This document shows positions 9,815-18,807 of a stretch of DNA of 27,709 nt, one piece after another. The position numbers were made by a program, and so were the translations under genes. Below the pieces are notes generated by a model, which was given only the letters and a program-made list of their open reading frames with translations, ran no database searches and was not told where the DNA came from. The stretch is from Folioceros fuciformis (lineage: Eukaryota): positions 403,821 through 431,529 of the forward strand of contig JBNGIO010006255.1 in assembly GCA_049999805.1 (NCBI GenBank), in the 5' to 3' direction. Each line of letters begins with the position of its first letter. Positions within the stretch are counted from its first letter, which is position 1.

Positions 9815-12778
9815 ATGTTCAGCTGGCAGCTGTGGATACGGAGAGGGGCGGTAGTGCCCCGGCATACAACTGGAGCATGCCGGATGATCGTGACCGTCTC
9901 AGAGCGTCCAGGATTCGAGACGAGAGTGCGGGCTGAAATAGTGGACGGACTGTGTCAGCAGGGGAGGCTGAAGGACGCCGTCGAGGCTCTCGGAGTCCTA
10001 GTGCATGCAGCCTGTGATATTCCCAGATCTCTGTTTTATGCTGTCCTCAAAAAGTGTGCGGCGGAGAAGGACCTGTGTCTGGGCCGTCGTGTCCATGCTC
10101 TCTCAGTGAAGAAGGGGTATGAGTCCGACACTTTCTTGTGCAACCACATCCTTCGAATGTATGCTTCGGATGCCAGGCTGCAAGAGGCTATGGATGTGTT
10201 CACCATGGTTGTCAATCCTGATGCATTCACGTGGTCTGCCATAATTTCTGCTCATGATAAGCATGGGCAAGGTAAGCAGGCCATCCGTCTGTATCACATT
10301 ATGCGCAGGTCGAGTTTGAAGCCAAATGGCCATGTGTTTGTAGCAGCCCTGCGGGCTTGTGCAAGGGGAGGAGACTTGGTTTCTGGACAACAGGTGCATG
10401 CTGATGTGTTAGCTAGTGGTATAGAGCCGAATCTGTTTGTTTTGAATGGTTTGGTGTACATGTATGCCAAATGTGGCAACTTAGAAGAGGCTCAAAGAGT
10501 GTTCGATGGACTTTGTAAAAAAGATGTAGTGACATGGAGCGCTATGATAGCTGGGTACTCCCAGCAGGGGATGGGACGCGAAGCACTTCATCTTTACTGT
10601 GCCATGCAAGACGAAGGTGTGGTGGTACCCAACTCTGTGACATTTGTTTGCCTCCTGCAGGCATGTGCAAGTCTGGGCACGCCAGCTTTGGAGAAGGGGA
10701 AGCAGATTCATGCACGAATAAGACAACAAGGCCTTGAGGCTGACTTGTTTCTAGGAGGGAGTCTAGTAAGCATGTATGTGAAGTGTAGTAGCCTTGAAGA
10801 TGCTCGCTGCGTCTTTGACAGCCTTGGGCCAAAAAATGTGGTTACGTGGACTGCAATGATAGCAGGGTACTCCCAGAAGGGCATGGGGCACGAAGCTCTT
10901 CGGCTTTACAGGGCTATGCAAGAGGATGGCACGGCTCTAGCCGATGCTTTGACATTTGTATCTGTCTTGCAGGCATGCGCAAGTGTAGGAACCTCAGCTT
11001 TAGAGAAGGGGAAGCAGATTCATGTAGAAATTAATGAGCAAGCTCTTCAGGCTAATGTGTTTGTAGCCAACTCCTTGGTAAACATGTATGCAAAGTGTGG
11101 CAGCCTTGCAGATGCTCGGGGTGTGTTCGACAGGCTAGTTCAGAAAAATATTGTGACGTGGAGTGCCATGATTGCTGGATATTCCCAGCAGGGAATGGGG
11201 CAAGAAGCTCTTCGTCTGTACAAAACTATGCAGGAAGGTGGCATGGCTGCACCTGACGCAGTGACATTTCTATCCCTCCTGCAGGCATGTGCCAGCGTGG
11301 GCACTCTAGCGTTGGAGAAGGGGAAGCAGCTTCATGCAGAAATTAGAGAACAAGGCCTTGAGGCTGACGTGTTTGTGGGTAACAGCTTGGTAGACATGTA
11401 TGCAAAGTGTGGCAGCCTAGAGGATGCTCGGGGTGTGTTTGATGGACTTGATCAAAAGAATGTGGTGACCTGGAGCGCGATGATTGCAGGATATTCCCAG
11501 CAGGGCATGGGGCAGGAAGCTCTTCAGGTCTTCAGGGCTATGCAAGAAGAAGGCATGGCAGCTCCCAATTCTGTGACATTTGTATGCCTCTTGCAGGCGT
11601 GTGCAAGTGTAGGCCCCTCCGCTTTGGAGAAGGGGAAACAGCTCCATGCGCAGATCAGAGAAAGAGGACTTGATACGGAAGTATTTGTAGCTACCAGTTT
11701 GGTAACCATGTATGCAAAGTGTGGCAGCATAGTGGATGCTCGAGGTGTGTTTGATGGACTGGGTGAAAAAAACGTGGTAACGTGGAGTGCCATGATAGCA
11801 GCGTATGCCCAGCAGGCAATGGGGCAGGATGCCCTTCGCCTTTACGTGACTATGCAAGAAGAAGGCCTCGTTGCACCCAATTTGGTGACATTTTTGTGCC
11901 TGCTTCAAGCATGTGCGAGTGTGGCGGCTTTGCATTTGGGAAGGCAGCTTCATGCACAGATCAAGGAGCAAGGTCTTCATGCTGATGTGCTTTTGGCTGG
12001 TAGTTTGATAAACATGTATGGGAAGTGCGGCAGCATGGTTGATGCACGGCAGGTATTTGAGGCATTATCTGAAAGAGATGTGGTTGTCTGGAATGCACTG
12101 ATTGCAGGATACACCCGTCAAGGAGAAACTGCAGAGGTGTTTGACTTGGTGCTTAGAATGACAGCGGATGGTGTACAGCCAGACTCCGTCACGTTTCTCA
12201 GTGTCCTAACAGTGTGCAGTCATACGGGTCTAGTGAGCGAAGGGCGAGAGTACTTTGAGTCTATGAGCAGAATCTATGGCATCACACCCACGGCGGACCA
12301 CTACACGTGCATGGTGGATCTCCTTGGGCGTGCAGGACAATTGGAAGAGGCTCTAATTGTAGCAAGGACAATGCGTACAGTGCCCACTGCTGCCATCTGG
12401 CACACTTTGTTGGGTGGTTGTAGAAAGTGGAGCAACGTGGTAGTGGGACGCCGTGCTTTTGATGAAGCAGTGAAGCTAGACAAGAAAGATGCGTCAGCCT
12501 ATGTGTTGATGACAAACATATACACTAATGCCCACATGTGGGAGCAGGCAAAGGAGGTCCAGGCCAGGAGAGTACAAATCAGGGCATGGAAGCAGCCAGG
12601 CCAGAGCTGGTGGACAGACCCGGATGGGCTGGTGCATAGCTTCCTGGTTGGGGATAAAGGCATTGAGCGAAGCGGAAGCAGGTGTTTTCCAGATCGAAGA
12701 AATTGCAACATGCGGACTCGTCCATCGGAGGTCTTTCTTGTTGGACAGCAAGAAATTGGCTACCCGTTGTGGATCTAA
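9815..12778 (+). CDS. PLS-class PPR protein (copy 4), E1-E2 + WW-type PG box, frameshifted DYW relic
   Basis: ORF 9698-12778 opens at TTG; first in-frame ATG is 9815. Seven S motifs before P2-L2-S2; ends KQPGQSWWTDPDGLVHSFLVGDKG followed by a non-conserved tail. Start uncertain. Confidence 0.92.
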   Translation: MFSWQLWIRRGAVVPRHTTGACRMIVTVSERPGFETRVRAEIVDGLCQQGRLKDAVEALGVLVHAACDIPRSLFYAVLKKCAAEKDLCLGRRVHALSVKKGYESDTFLCNHILRMYASDARLQEAMDVFTMVVNPDAFTWSAIISAHDKHGQGKQAIRLYHIMRRSSLKPNGHVFVAALRACARGGDLVSGQQVHADVLASGIEPNLFVLNGLVYMYAKCGNLEEAQRVFDGLCKKDVVTWSAMIAGYSQQGMGREALHLYCAMQDEGVVVPNSVTFVCLLQACASLGTPALEKGKQIHARIRQQGLEADLFLGGSLVSMYVKCSSLEDARCVFDSLGPKNVVTWTAMIAGYSQKGMGHEALRLYRAMQEDGTALADALTFVSVLQACASVGTSALEKGKQIHVEINEQALQANVFVANSLVNMYAKCGSLADARGVFDRLVQKNIVTWSAMIAGYSQQGMGQEALRLYKTMQEGGMAAPDAVTFLSLLQACASVGTLALEKGKQLHAEIREQGLEADVFVGNSLVDMYAKCGSLEDARGVFDGLDQKNVVTWSAMIAGYSQQGMGQEALQVFRAMQEEGMAAPNSVTFVCLLQACASVGPSALEKGKQLHAQIRERGLDTEVFVATSLVTMYAKCGSIVDARGVFDGLGEKNVVTWSAMIAAYAQQAMGQDALRLYVTMQEEGLVAPNLVTFLCLLQACASVAALHLGRQLHAQIKEQGLHADVLLAGSLINMYGKCGSMVDARQVFEALSERDVVVWNALIAGYTRQGETAEVFDLVLRMTADGVQPDSVTFLSVLTVCSHTGLVSEGREYFESMSRIYGITPTADHYTCMVDLLGRAGQLEEALIVARTMRTVPTAAIWHTLLGGCRKWSNVVVGRRAFDEAVKLDKKDASAYVLMTNIYTNAHMWEQAKEVQARRVQIRAWKQPGQSWWTDPDGLVHSFLVGDKGIERSGSRCFPDRRNCNMRTRPSEVFLVGQQEIGYPLWI

Positions 12779-12896
12779 CAAAACACCTTACCAGAATGAA
12801 TGTGACATACGAGTATGAATGTGACAAGTTACTATCTGTTGGATTGCCTTGATGTGTCGCATTGTCCGGAACGATAGAGCATCTGCCAAATGATTT

Positions 12897-13178
12897 TCTT
12901 TGAGCATCTGCCAAACTGCCACACTTCGCATACATGTCCACCAAGCAACTGCAGACAAATAAGTCATGCTCGACTCCACTAGCCAACGAATCAGCATGGA
13001 CCTGCTGCCCAGATTGCAAGTCTCCTCCTCTTGCACAAGCCTGAAGGGCTGCTACAAACACATGCCCATCTGGTTTCACGCGTGACGTGCGCATCCTATG
13101 ATAGAGCTGTATGGCTTGCTGATCTTGTCCCTGTCTAACGTGCCCAGAAATTATGGCAGACCATGTGAAGGTATCTGG
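12897..13178 (-). repeat. Inverted partial duplicate of PPR copy 5 (left arm of an inverted repeat; partner 13805-14084)
   Basis: Reverse complement aligns to 13805-14084 with perfect blocks of 77 nt and 88 nt, about a dozen substitutions and one 2-nt indel (hand count, ~95% identity). Encodes PDTFTWSAIISGHVRQGQDQQAIQLYHRMRTSRVKPDGH...MYAKCGSLADAQR. Confidence 0.93.
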
Positions 13179-13327
13179 CCGGCTTGTTTCATCATTCCAT
13201 CATTGTTCCGAATTCTTCTACACTGCGTGCTGGCCGATGTCGTGGTCCTGTCAATGGAGACTGATGCGAGCCGAAGTCTTCCGGATGACCTACAGGTTCC
13301 TCCTCCTGTGCATCGCTTGTGCAAACC

Positions 13328-15670
13328 ATGTCTGTCTGTAGGGGCACAGCTCGTGTAGGAAGAGCATTTACTAATGTGATTCTGAGGAATCAACTACTGG
13401 CAAACAACGAAGCCGCGAGCCGCAGCAAGCAAGCACGTGCGATGTCTGAACTTGCATGTTCTGCAGACGGTAGTCGCCACCAGATGCACAGGCCTGCTGG
13501 ACATGAAACCGACGTAACGGCTAAAACCGTTAGGAAACTATGCCGGCAGGGCAAGCTCGCGGAGGCTGTTGATGCTCTGGCAGTTTTGGTACACACTGGC
13601 TGTGAGATCTTCCAATCCCTCTTTGACACGGTTCTTAAGGAACTTATAGCACAGAAAGATCTGCTGCTAGGTCGCCGTGTTCATGCTCTCACTGTGAAGA
13701 AGGGGTATGAATCGGACAGGTTCCTGTGCAATCACATTCTACGAATGTATGCTTCTCATGCCAGGCTGCAAGAGGCTAAGGATGTGTTCAATGTGATATC
13801 CCAACCAGATACCTTCACATGGTCTGCCATAATTTCTGGGCACGTTAGACAGGGACAAGATCAGCAAGCCATACAGCTCTAAAAGGATGCGCACATCGAG
13901 TGTGAAACCAGATGGGCATGTGTTTGTAGCAGCCCTTCAGGCTTGTGCAAGAGGAGGAGACTTGCAATCTGGGCAGCAGGTCCATGCTGGTTTGCTGGCT
14001 AGAGGAGTCGAGCATGATTTATTTTTCTGCAGGTGCTTGGTGGACATGTATGCGAAGTGTGGCAGTTTGGCCGATGCTCAAAGAGTGTTTGTCGGCCTTA
14101 CTGAAAAAAATGTGGTGATTTGGAACGCAATGATCGCAGGATATTCCCAGCAGGCCATGGGGCAGGAAGCCCTGCAGCTGTACAGGGCTATGGAAGATGA
14201 AGGCACGGTGAGGCCCAATTCTGTTACATTTGTGTGCCTCCTGCAGGCATGTGCGACAATGGGCACCCCGGCTTTGGAGGTAGGTGGGGAGCTTCATGCA
14301 AAAATTAGAGAACAACGGCTTCAAGCTGATGAATTTGTAGCCAGCAGTTTGGTCAACATGTACGCAAAATGTGGCAGTATAGACGAGGCTCGATGCATAT
14401 TTGACGGACTCGCGCAGAGAAACGACGTGACATGGTGTGCCATGATAGCAGGATATTCCCAGCAGGGCATGGGGCAGGAAGCCCTTGACCTCTATGGGGC
14501 TATGCAAGAAGAAGGCATCGTCGCACTTGATTCTGTGACATTTGCGTGCCTGCTGCAGGCCTGTGCAAGTCTAGGCACCCCAGCTTTGGAGATTGGGAAG
14601 CAGCTTCATGCAAAAACTAGAAGAGGAGGACTTGATTCTCATCTGATTGTAGGCAACAGTTTGGTGAACATGTACGCCAAATGTGGGAGCCTAGAGAGTG
14701 CTCATGGCGTGTTTGACACACTCCTTCAAAAAGTGTGACATTCAAAAATCCTTCAAAAATGATGGCATTCCATGTGGTGACATGGAATGCCATCATTGCA
14801 GGACATTCTCACAAGGGCATGGGCTCCCGTGCTCTTCGTCTTTACAGGGCTATGCGAGAAGAAGGTCTTGTTGCCCCCAATTCTGTAACATTTGTGTGCC
14901 TTCTTCAGGCATGTGCAAGCTTGGCAGCGCTGGATATAGGCCGGGAGATTCATGCGCAGATTAAATCTCAAGGACTTCAAGCTGATGCCACGGTGGGTAA
15001 CAGTCTGATAAACATGTATGCAAAGTCGGGCAGCATGGTTGAAGCACAGAAAGTGTTTGACACATTGCCCGAAAGAACTGTTGTCACCTGGAGTGCATTG
15101 ATTGCAGGATACGCCTGTCAAGGAGACAGTCAGTTGGTCTTTGAATTGGTTCTCAAAATGAGGGAGGATGGCATAAAACCAGACGCCATCACATTCCTCA
15201 GCATACTAACAGTATGCAGTCACACGGGTCTAGTGAGGCAAGGACGAGAGTACTTTGATGCCATGAGCCGAGACTATGGCATCAGTCCCACGGTGGACCA
15301 CTACACAAGCGTCGTGGATCTCTTGGGTCGTTCAGGACAACTGGACAAAGCACTAGTTGTGGCTAGGACAATGCCGGGAGTCCCTGATGCTGCAGTATGG
15401 CATACTCTTTTGGGTGCTTGTCGGAAGTGGAGCAACATAGAGGTGGGGCGGCATGCTTTCAACCAAGCTGTGAAGCTAGATAAGAAAGATGCTGCAGCAT
15501 ATGTGATGATGTCGAACATCTACACCGATGCCCAGATGTGGGAGGAGGCACAGGAGATACAAGCGACGAGAAAGAAAATCGGGGCATGGAAACAGCCAGG
15601 CCAGAGCTGGTGGACAGACATGGACGGACTCGTCCATGGTTTCTTCGTTGGTGAAAAAAGTCATCCTTAG
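13328..15670 (+). pseudogene. PLS-class PPR pseudogene (copy 5) broken into three ORFs
   Basis: Three consecutive ORFs (13319-13882, 13887-14738, 14735-15670) reconstruct one PPR gene. Lesion 1: ctc-taa-aagg-atg at 13877-13889 (stop plus 2-nt deletion versus ctc-tat-cat-agg-atg in the inverted copy). Lesion 2: frameshifting insertion at ~14733-14772. Ends KQPGQSWWTDMDGLVHGFFVGEKSHP*(TAG). Confidence 0.88.
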
Positions 15671-15816
15671 GTTGTGCAGAACGAAGGAAAAATGTGGAAA
15701 ACCACCTGTACGTTTATAGCTACCGTAGGTCTTGTCCAGACAAGTAGATGTACGCTAAACATGGATAAAACCGTCTACGTTGCGATTGAAGAACAACGCA
15801 ACACTGAAAATGATCC

Positions 15817-18267
15817 ATGTTGTACACAACACTCGAGTGCTCGCAAGCATTGCAGCTTCGATCTCTTCGCTCTGGCGAGAAAGGACTGGACGTGGATCAT
15901 CCTAAAGCCAGAGCTCAAAACCATGATGAGCTGATAACAGGCAACAACCCGTCCCCTTCACTTGCTGTATTACTTATGCAGATGGTTCATCCTCTCCCTG
16001 CATCCAACTGGAGCATGTTTGACATTGAGTGTTTCCCTCACAGGCCTTCGCTGTACAAAAGGCACATAACGGCTGATACCGTGACGAAGCTATGTCAGCA
16101 GGGGCATCTTAGTGAAGCTGTTGAGGCTGTGGGAGTTTTGGTACAGACAAACTTGTACGTCTCCAACTCTGTCTTCTACACGGTGCTAAAAGAGTGTGCG
16201 GCTAAGAAGAATCTGCCTCTGGGTCGCCGTGTTCATGCTTTTACAGTGAAGAAGGGATGTGAGTCGAACACGTTTGTGTGCAATCACATCCTGCGTCTAT
16301 ACAGTGCTCATGGCAGATTGCAGGAGGCTATGGATTCATTCGCTTTAGTTGCCAATCCAGATAGGTTCACGTGGTCTGTGATTATCTCAGCTCATGTTAA
16401 ACAGGGGAATGACAAGCAGGCTATAGAGCTGTATCAACGGAGCTGCAGGTCGAAAATGAGGCCAGATGAACGTGTTTTTGTGGCAGTGCTTCAGGCTTGT
16501 GCAAAGGGACGAGACTTGAAATCGGGACAGCAGGTGCATGCGGATGTATTGGCTGCTGGCATCGAGCCTGGTCTTTTTGTCTATAGTTCCTTGGTGGATA
16601 TGTATGCTAAGTGTGGAAGGTTGGAGGAGGCTCAGAGAATCTTTGACGGCCTGCCGCGCAAGGATTTGGTGACCTGGAGTGCTCTGATCGCTGGGTATTG
16701 CCAGCAGGGCTTGGGGCAGGAAGCCCTTCGTCTCCACAGTGCCATGCAAGAGGAAGGCACCCTTGTGCTCGACGGTGTAACATTTGTGTGTCTCCTGCAG
16801 GCATGTGCTAATGTGGGCACCTCAGCGCTGGAGAAGGGGAGGCAGTTTCATGCGCAAATTACAGAACGAGGATTTCAGAGTGACCTCTTTGTGGCCAGCA
16901 GTTTAGTAAACATGTATGTGAAGTGTGGCAGTTTAGAGGATGCGCGGGGTGTCTTCGACGGGCTTAGTCAGAAGAATGTGGTAACATGGAGCGCCATGAT
17001 AGCTGGATATTCCCAGCAGGGACTGGTGGAGGAATCCTTTGGTCTATACAGAGCTATGCGGGAAGAAGGGACCTCACCGAATTCCGTGACATTTGTGTGT
17101 CTCCTTCAGGCGTGTGCAAGTTTGGGCACCCTGGCGTTGGTGAAGGGAAAGGAGCTTCACGCAGAAATCAGAAGAAGATGTCTTCACACAGATGGATTTG
17201 TAGGCAACTCTTTGGTAAACATGTATGCAAAGTGCGGCAGCTTAGAGAACGCTGAGGTAGTGTTTGAAGAACTTCCTGTGAAAGACGTGGTGACTTGGAA
17301 TGCCATGATAGCAGCTTATTCCCAGCAGGGCGCAGTGCAGGCAGCCTTTCGTCTTTACAAGGCTATGCAAGAAGAAGGCATGGCTGAACCCGATTCTGTA
17401 ACATTTGTGTGTCTGCTGCAGGCATGTGCAAATGTGGCAGCTTTGCATGTGGGAAGGCAGCTTCATGCACAGAGTAGAGAACAAGGACTTCAAGCTGACG
17501 TGCTTGTATCTGGCAGTTTGATTAACATGTACTCAAAGTGCGGTAGCATGGTTGATGCACAGCAGGTGTTTGAGGAATTGCCTGAACCAGACATCTTCGC
17601 CTGGAGTTCACTAATCGCAGGGTACACCCAGCAAGGAGACACTGAAGTGGTGCTTGAATTGTTTGACAGAATGCGAGACTATGGCTTACAGCCGGCTGGC
17701 ATCACATTCCTGAGTGTACTGACAGCATGCAGTCATACAGGGCTAGTGAGAAAAGGGCGAGAGTACTTCGAGATAATGCGAGGACGCTATGGTATTAGTC
17801 CCACTGTGGAACACTACACATGTATGGTGGATCTTCTTGGCCGTGCCGGTCTATTAGATGAGGCACTTGAGTTGATAGAGACAATGGCTGTACAGCCTGA
17901 TGCTGCAGTTTGGCACACTCTATTGGGTGCCTGTCGAAAGTGGGGCAGCGTGGCTGTAGGAGTCCATGCTTTCGAGGAGGCAGTGAAACTAGATCAGGAT
18001 GATCCCGCTGCATATACACTGATGTCCAACATATACAGGGGTGCCCAGATGTGGGAGAAGGCACATGAGATACAGGCAAGGCGACTGAGAATCGGGGCAT
18101 GGAAGCAGCCAGGCCGGACTTGGTGGACTGACCTGGACGGAGTGGTGCATACTTTTTCGGTCGGGGATAAGTTTCCAGGGATTGAAGCACGTTGTATCCA
18201 GGCTCTGCACCCGAGCCTGTATTTAACGATGGAAGGCAAGGTTTGTCATGTGGGCTGCCTTAGATAA
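15817..18267 (+). CDS. PLS-class PPR protein (copy 6), E1-E2 + WW-type PG box, DYW relic after stop
   Basis: 816-aa ORF, five S motifs before P2-L2-S2, ends KQPGRTWWTDLDGVVHTFSVGDKFP.... True start may be a downstream ATG (~15976-16015). Confidence 0.92.
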   Translation: MLYTTLECSQALQLRSLRSGEKGLDVDHPKARAQNHDELITGNNPSPSLAVLLMQMVHPLPASNWSMFDIECFPHRPSLYKRHITADTVTKLCQQGHLSEAVEAVGVLVQTNLYVSNSVFYTVLKECAAKKNLPLGRRVHAFTVKKGCESNTFVCNHILRLYSAHGRLQEAMDSFALVANPDRFTWSVIISAHVKQGNDKQAIELYQRSCRSKMRPDERVFVAVLQACAKGRDLKSGQQVHADVLAAGIEPGLFVYSSLVDMYAKCGRLEEAQRIFDGLPRKDLVTWSALIAGYCQQGLGQEALRLHSAMQEEGTLVLDGVTFVCLLQACANVGTSALEKGRQFHAQITERGFQSDLFVASSLVNMYVKCGSLEDARGVFDGLSQKNVVTWSAMIAGYSQQGLVEESFGLYRAMREEGTSPNSVTFVCLLQACASLGTLALVKGKELHAEIRRRCLHTDGFVGNSLVNMYAKCGSLENAEVVFEELPVKDVVTWNAMIAAYSQQGAVQAAFRLYKAMQEEGMAEPDSVTFVCLLQACANVAALHVGRQLHAQSREQGLQADVLVSGSLINMYSKCGSMVDAQQVFEELPEPDIFAWSSLIAGYTQQGDTEVVLELFDRMRDYGLQPAGITFLSVLTACSHTGLVRKGREYFEIMRGRYGISPTVEHYTCMVDLLGRAGLLDEALELIETMAVQPDAAVWHTLLGACRKWGSVAVGVHAFEEAVKLDQDDPAAYTLMSNIYRGAQMWEKAHEIQARRLRIGAWKQPGRTWWTDLDGVVHTFSVGDKFPGIEARCIQALHPSLYLTMEGKVCHVGCLR

Positions 18268-18807
18268 TCCCATTGCCATTTCGAGAAACCTGGGTTTGCA
18301 TCATACAAGAACGGAAACTGCTGCGTTGAGAATTACCATGACATCCGCATTAGATGGGCTTGCTCAGGCATTTCAGCAGAAAGGAGATGGATACCGCCTC
18401 ACGAGCTTGAATAGCAACATCACCTCAAGAAAAGCCGAATTGACCTGCAGTTCCCGTCCTTTTCCAGCCAAAACATTTGTCTCCTTCTGGGCAGCTTGAT
18501 TGTCGTCCAACACTTCCAACTCGAACTAACAGGAGAGGAGATACATCTAATTCCATGTCAGACCGAAGGAAAGGTACTTTCGTAACAGCTCCTTCCAATT
18601 TCCACGTTTCTCCAAATGCTGAAAAGTACGGATCACGACAGAATGTTGGGCAGGTGCGGTGGAAGAGGTTCTTCGTCTGCAAGGATCTGCAAAATGGCTA
18701 CTTGCCAAAGCCACCCTGATGGAGTTGCTGGGACTCAAAAGTCTTATGAGTTCAAGCTACGTTTCCGCCATACTCTGGACGACCCTCCTCCTTGCCACCT
18801 CATGGGC

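Noticed and set aside
12579-13094. 171-aa minus-strand ORF as an eighth PPR gene
   Set aside because: Only the first ~65 aa are PPR-like (the inverted fragment); the rest is antisense to copy 4's 3' end.
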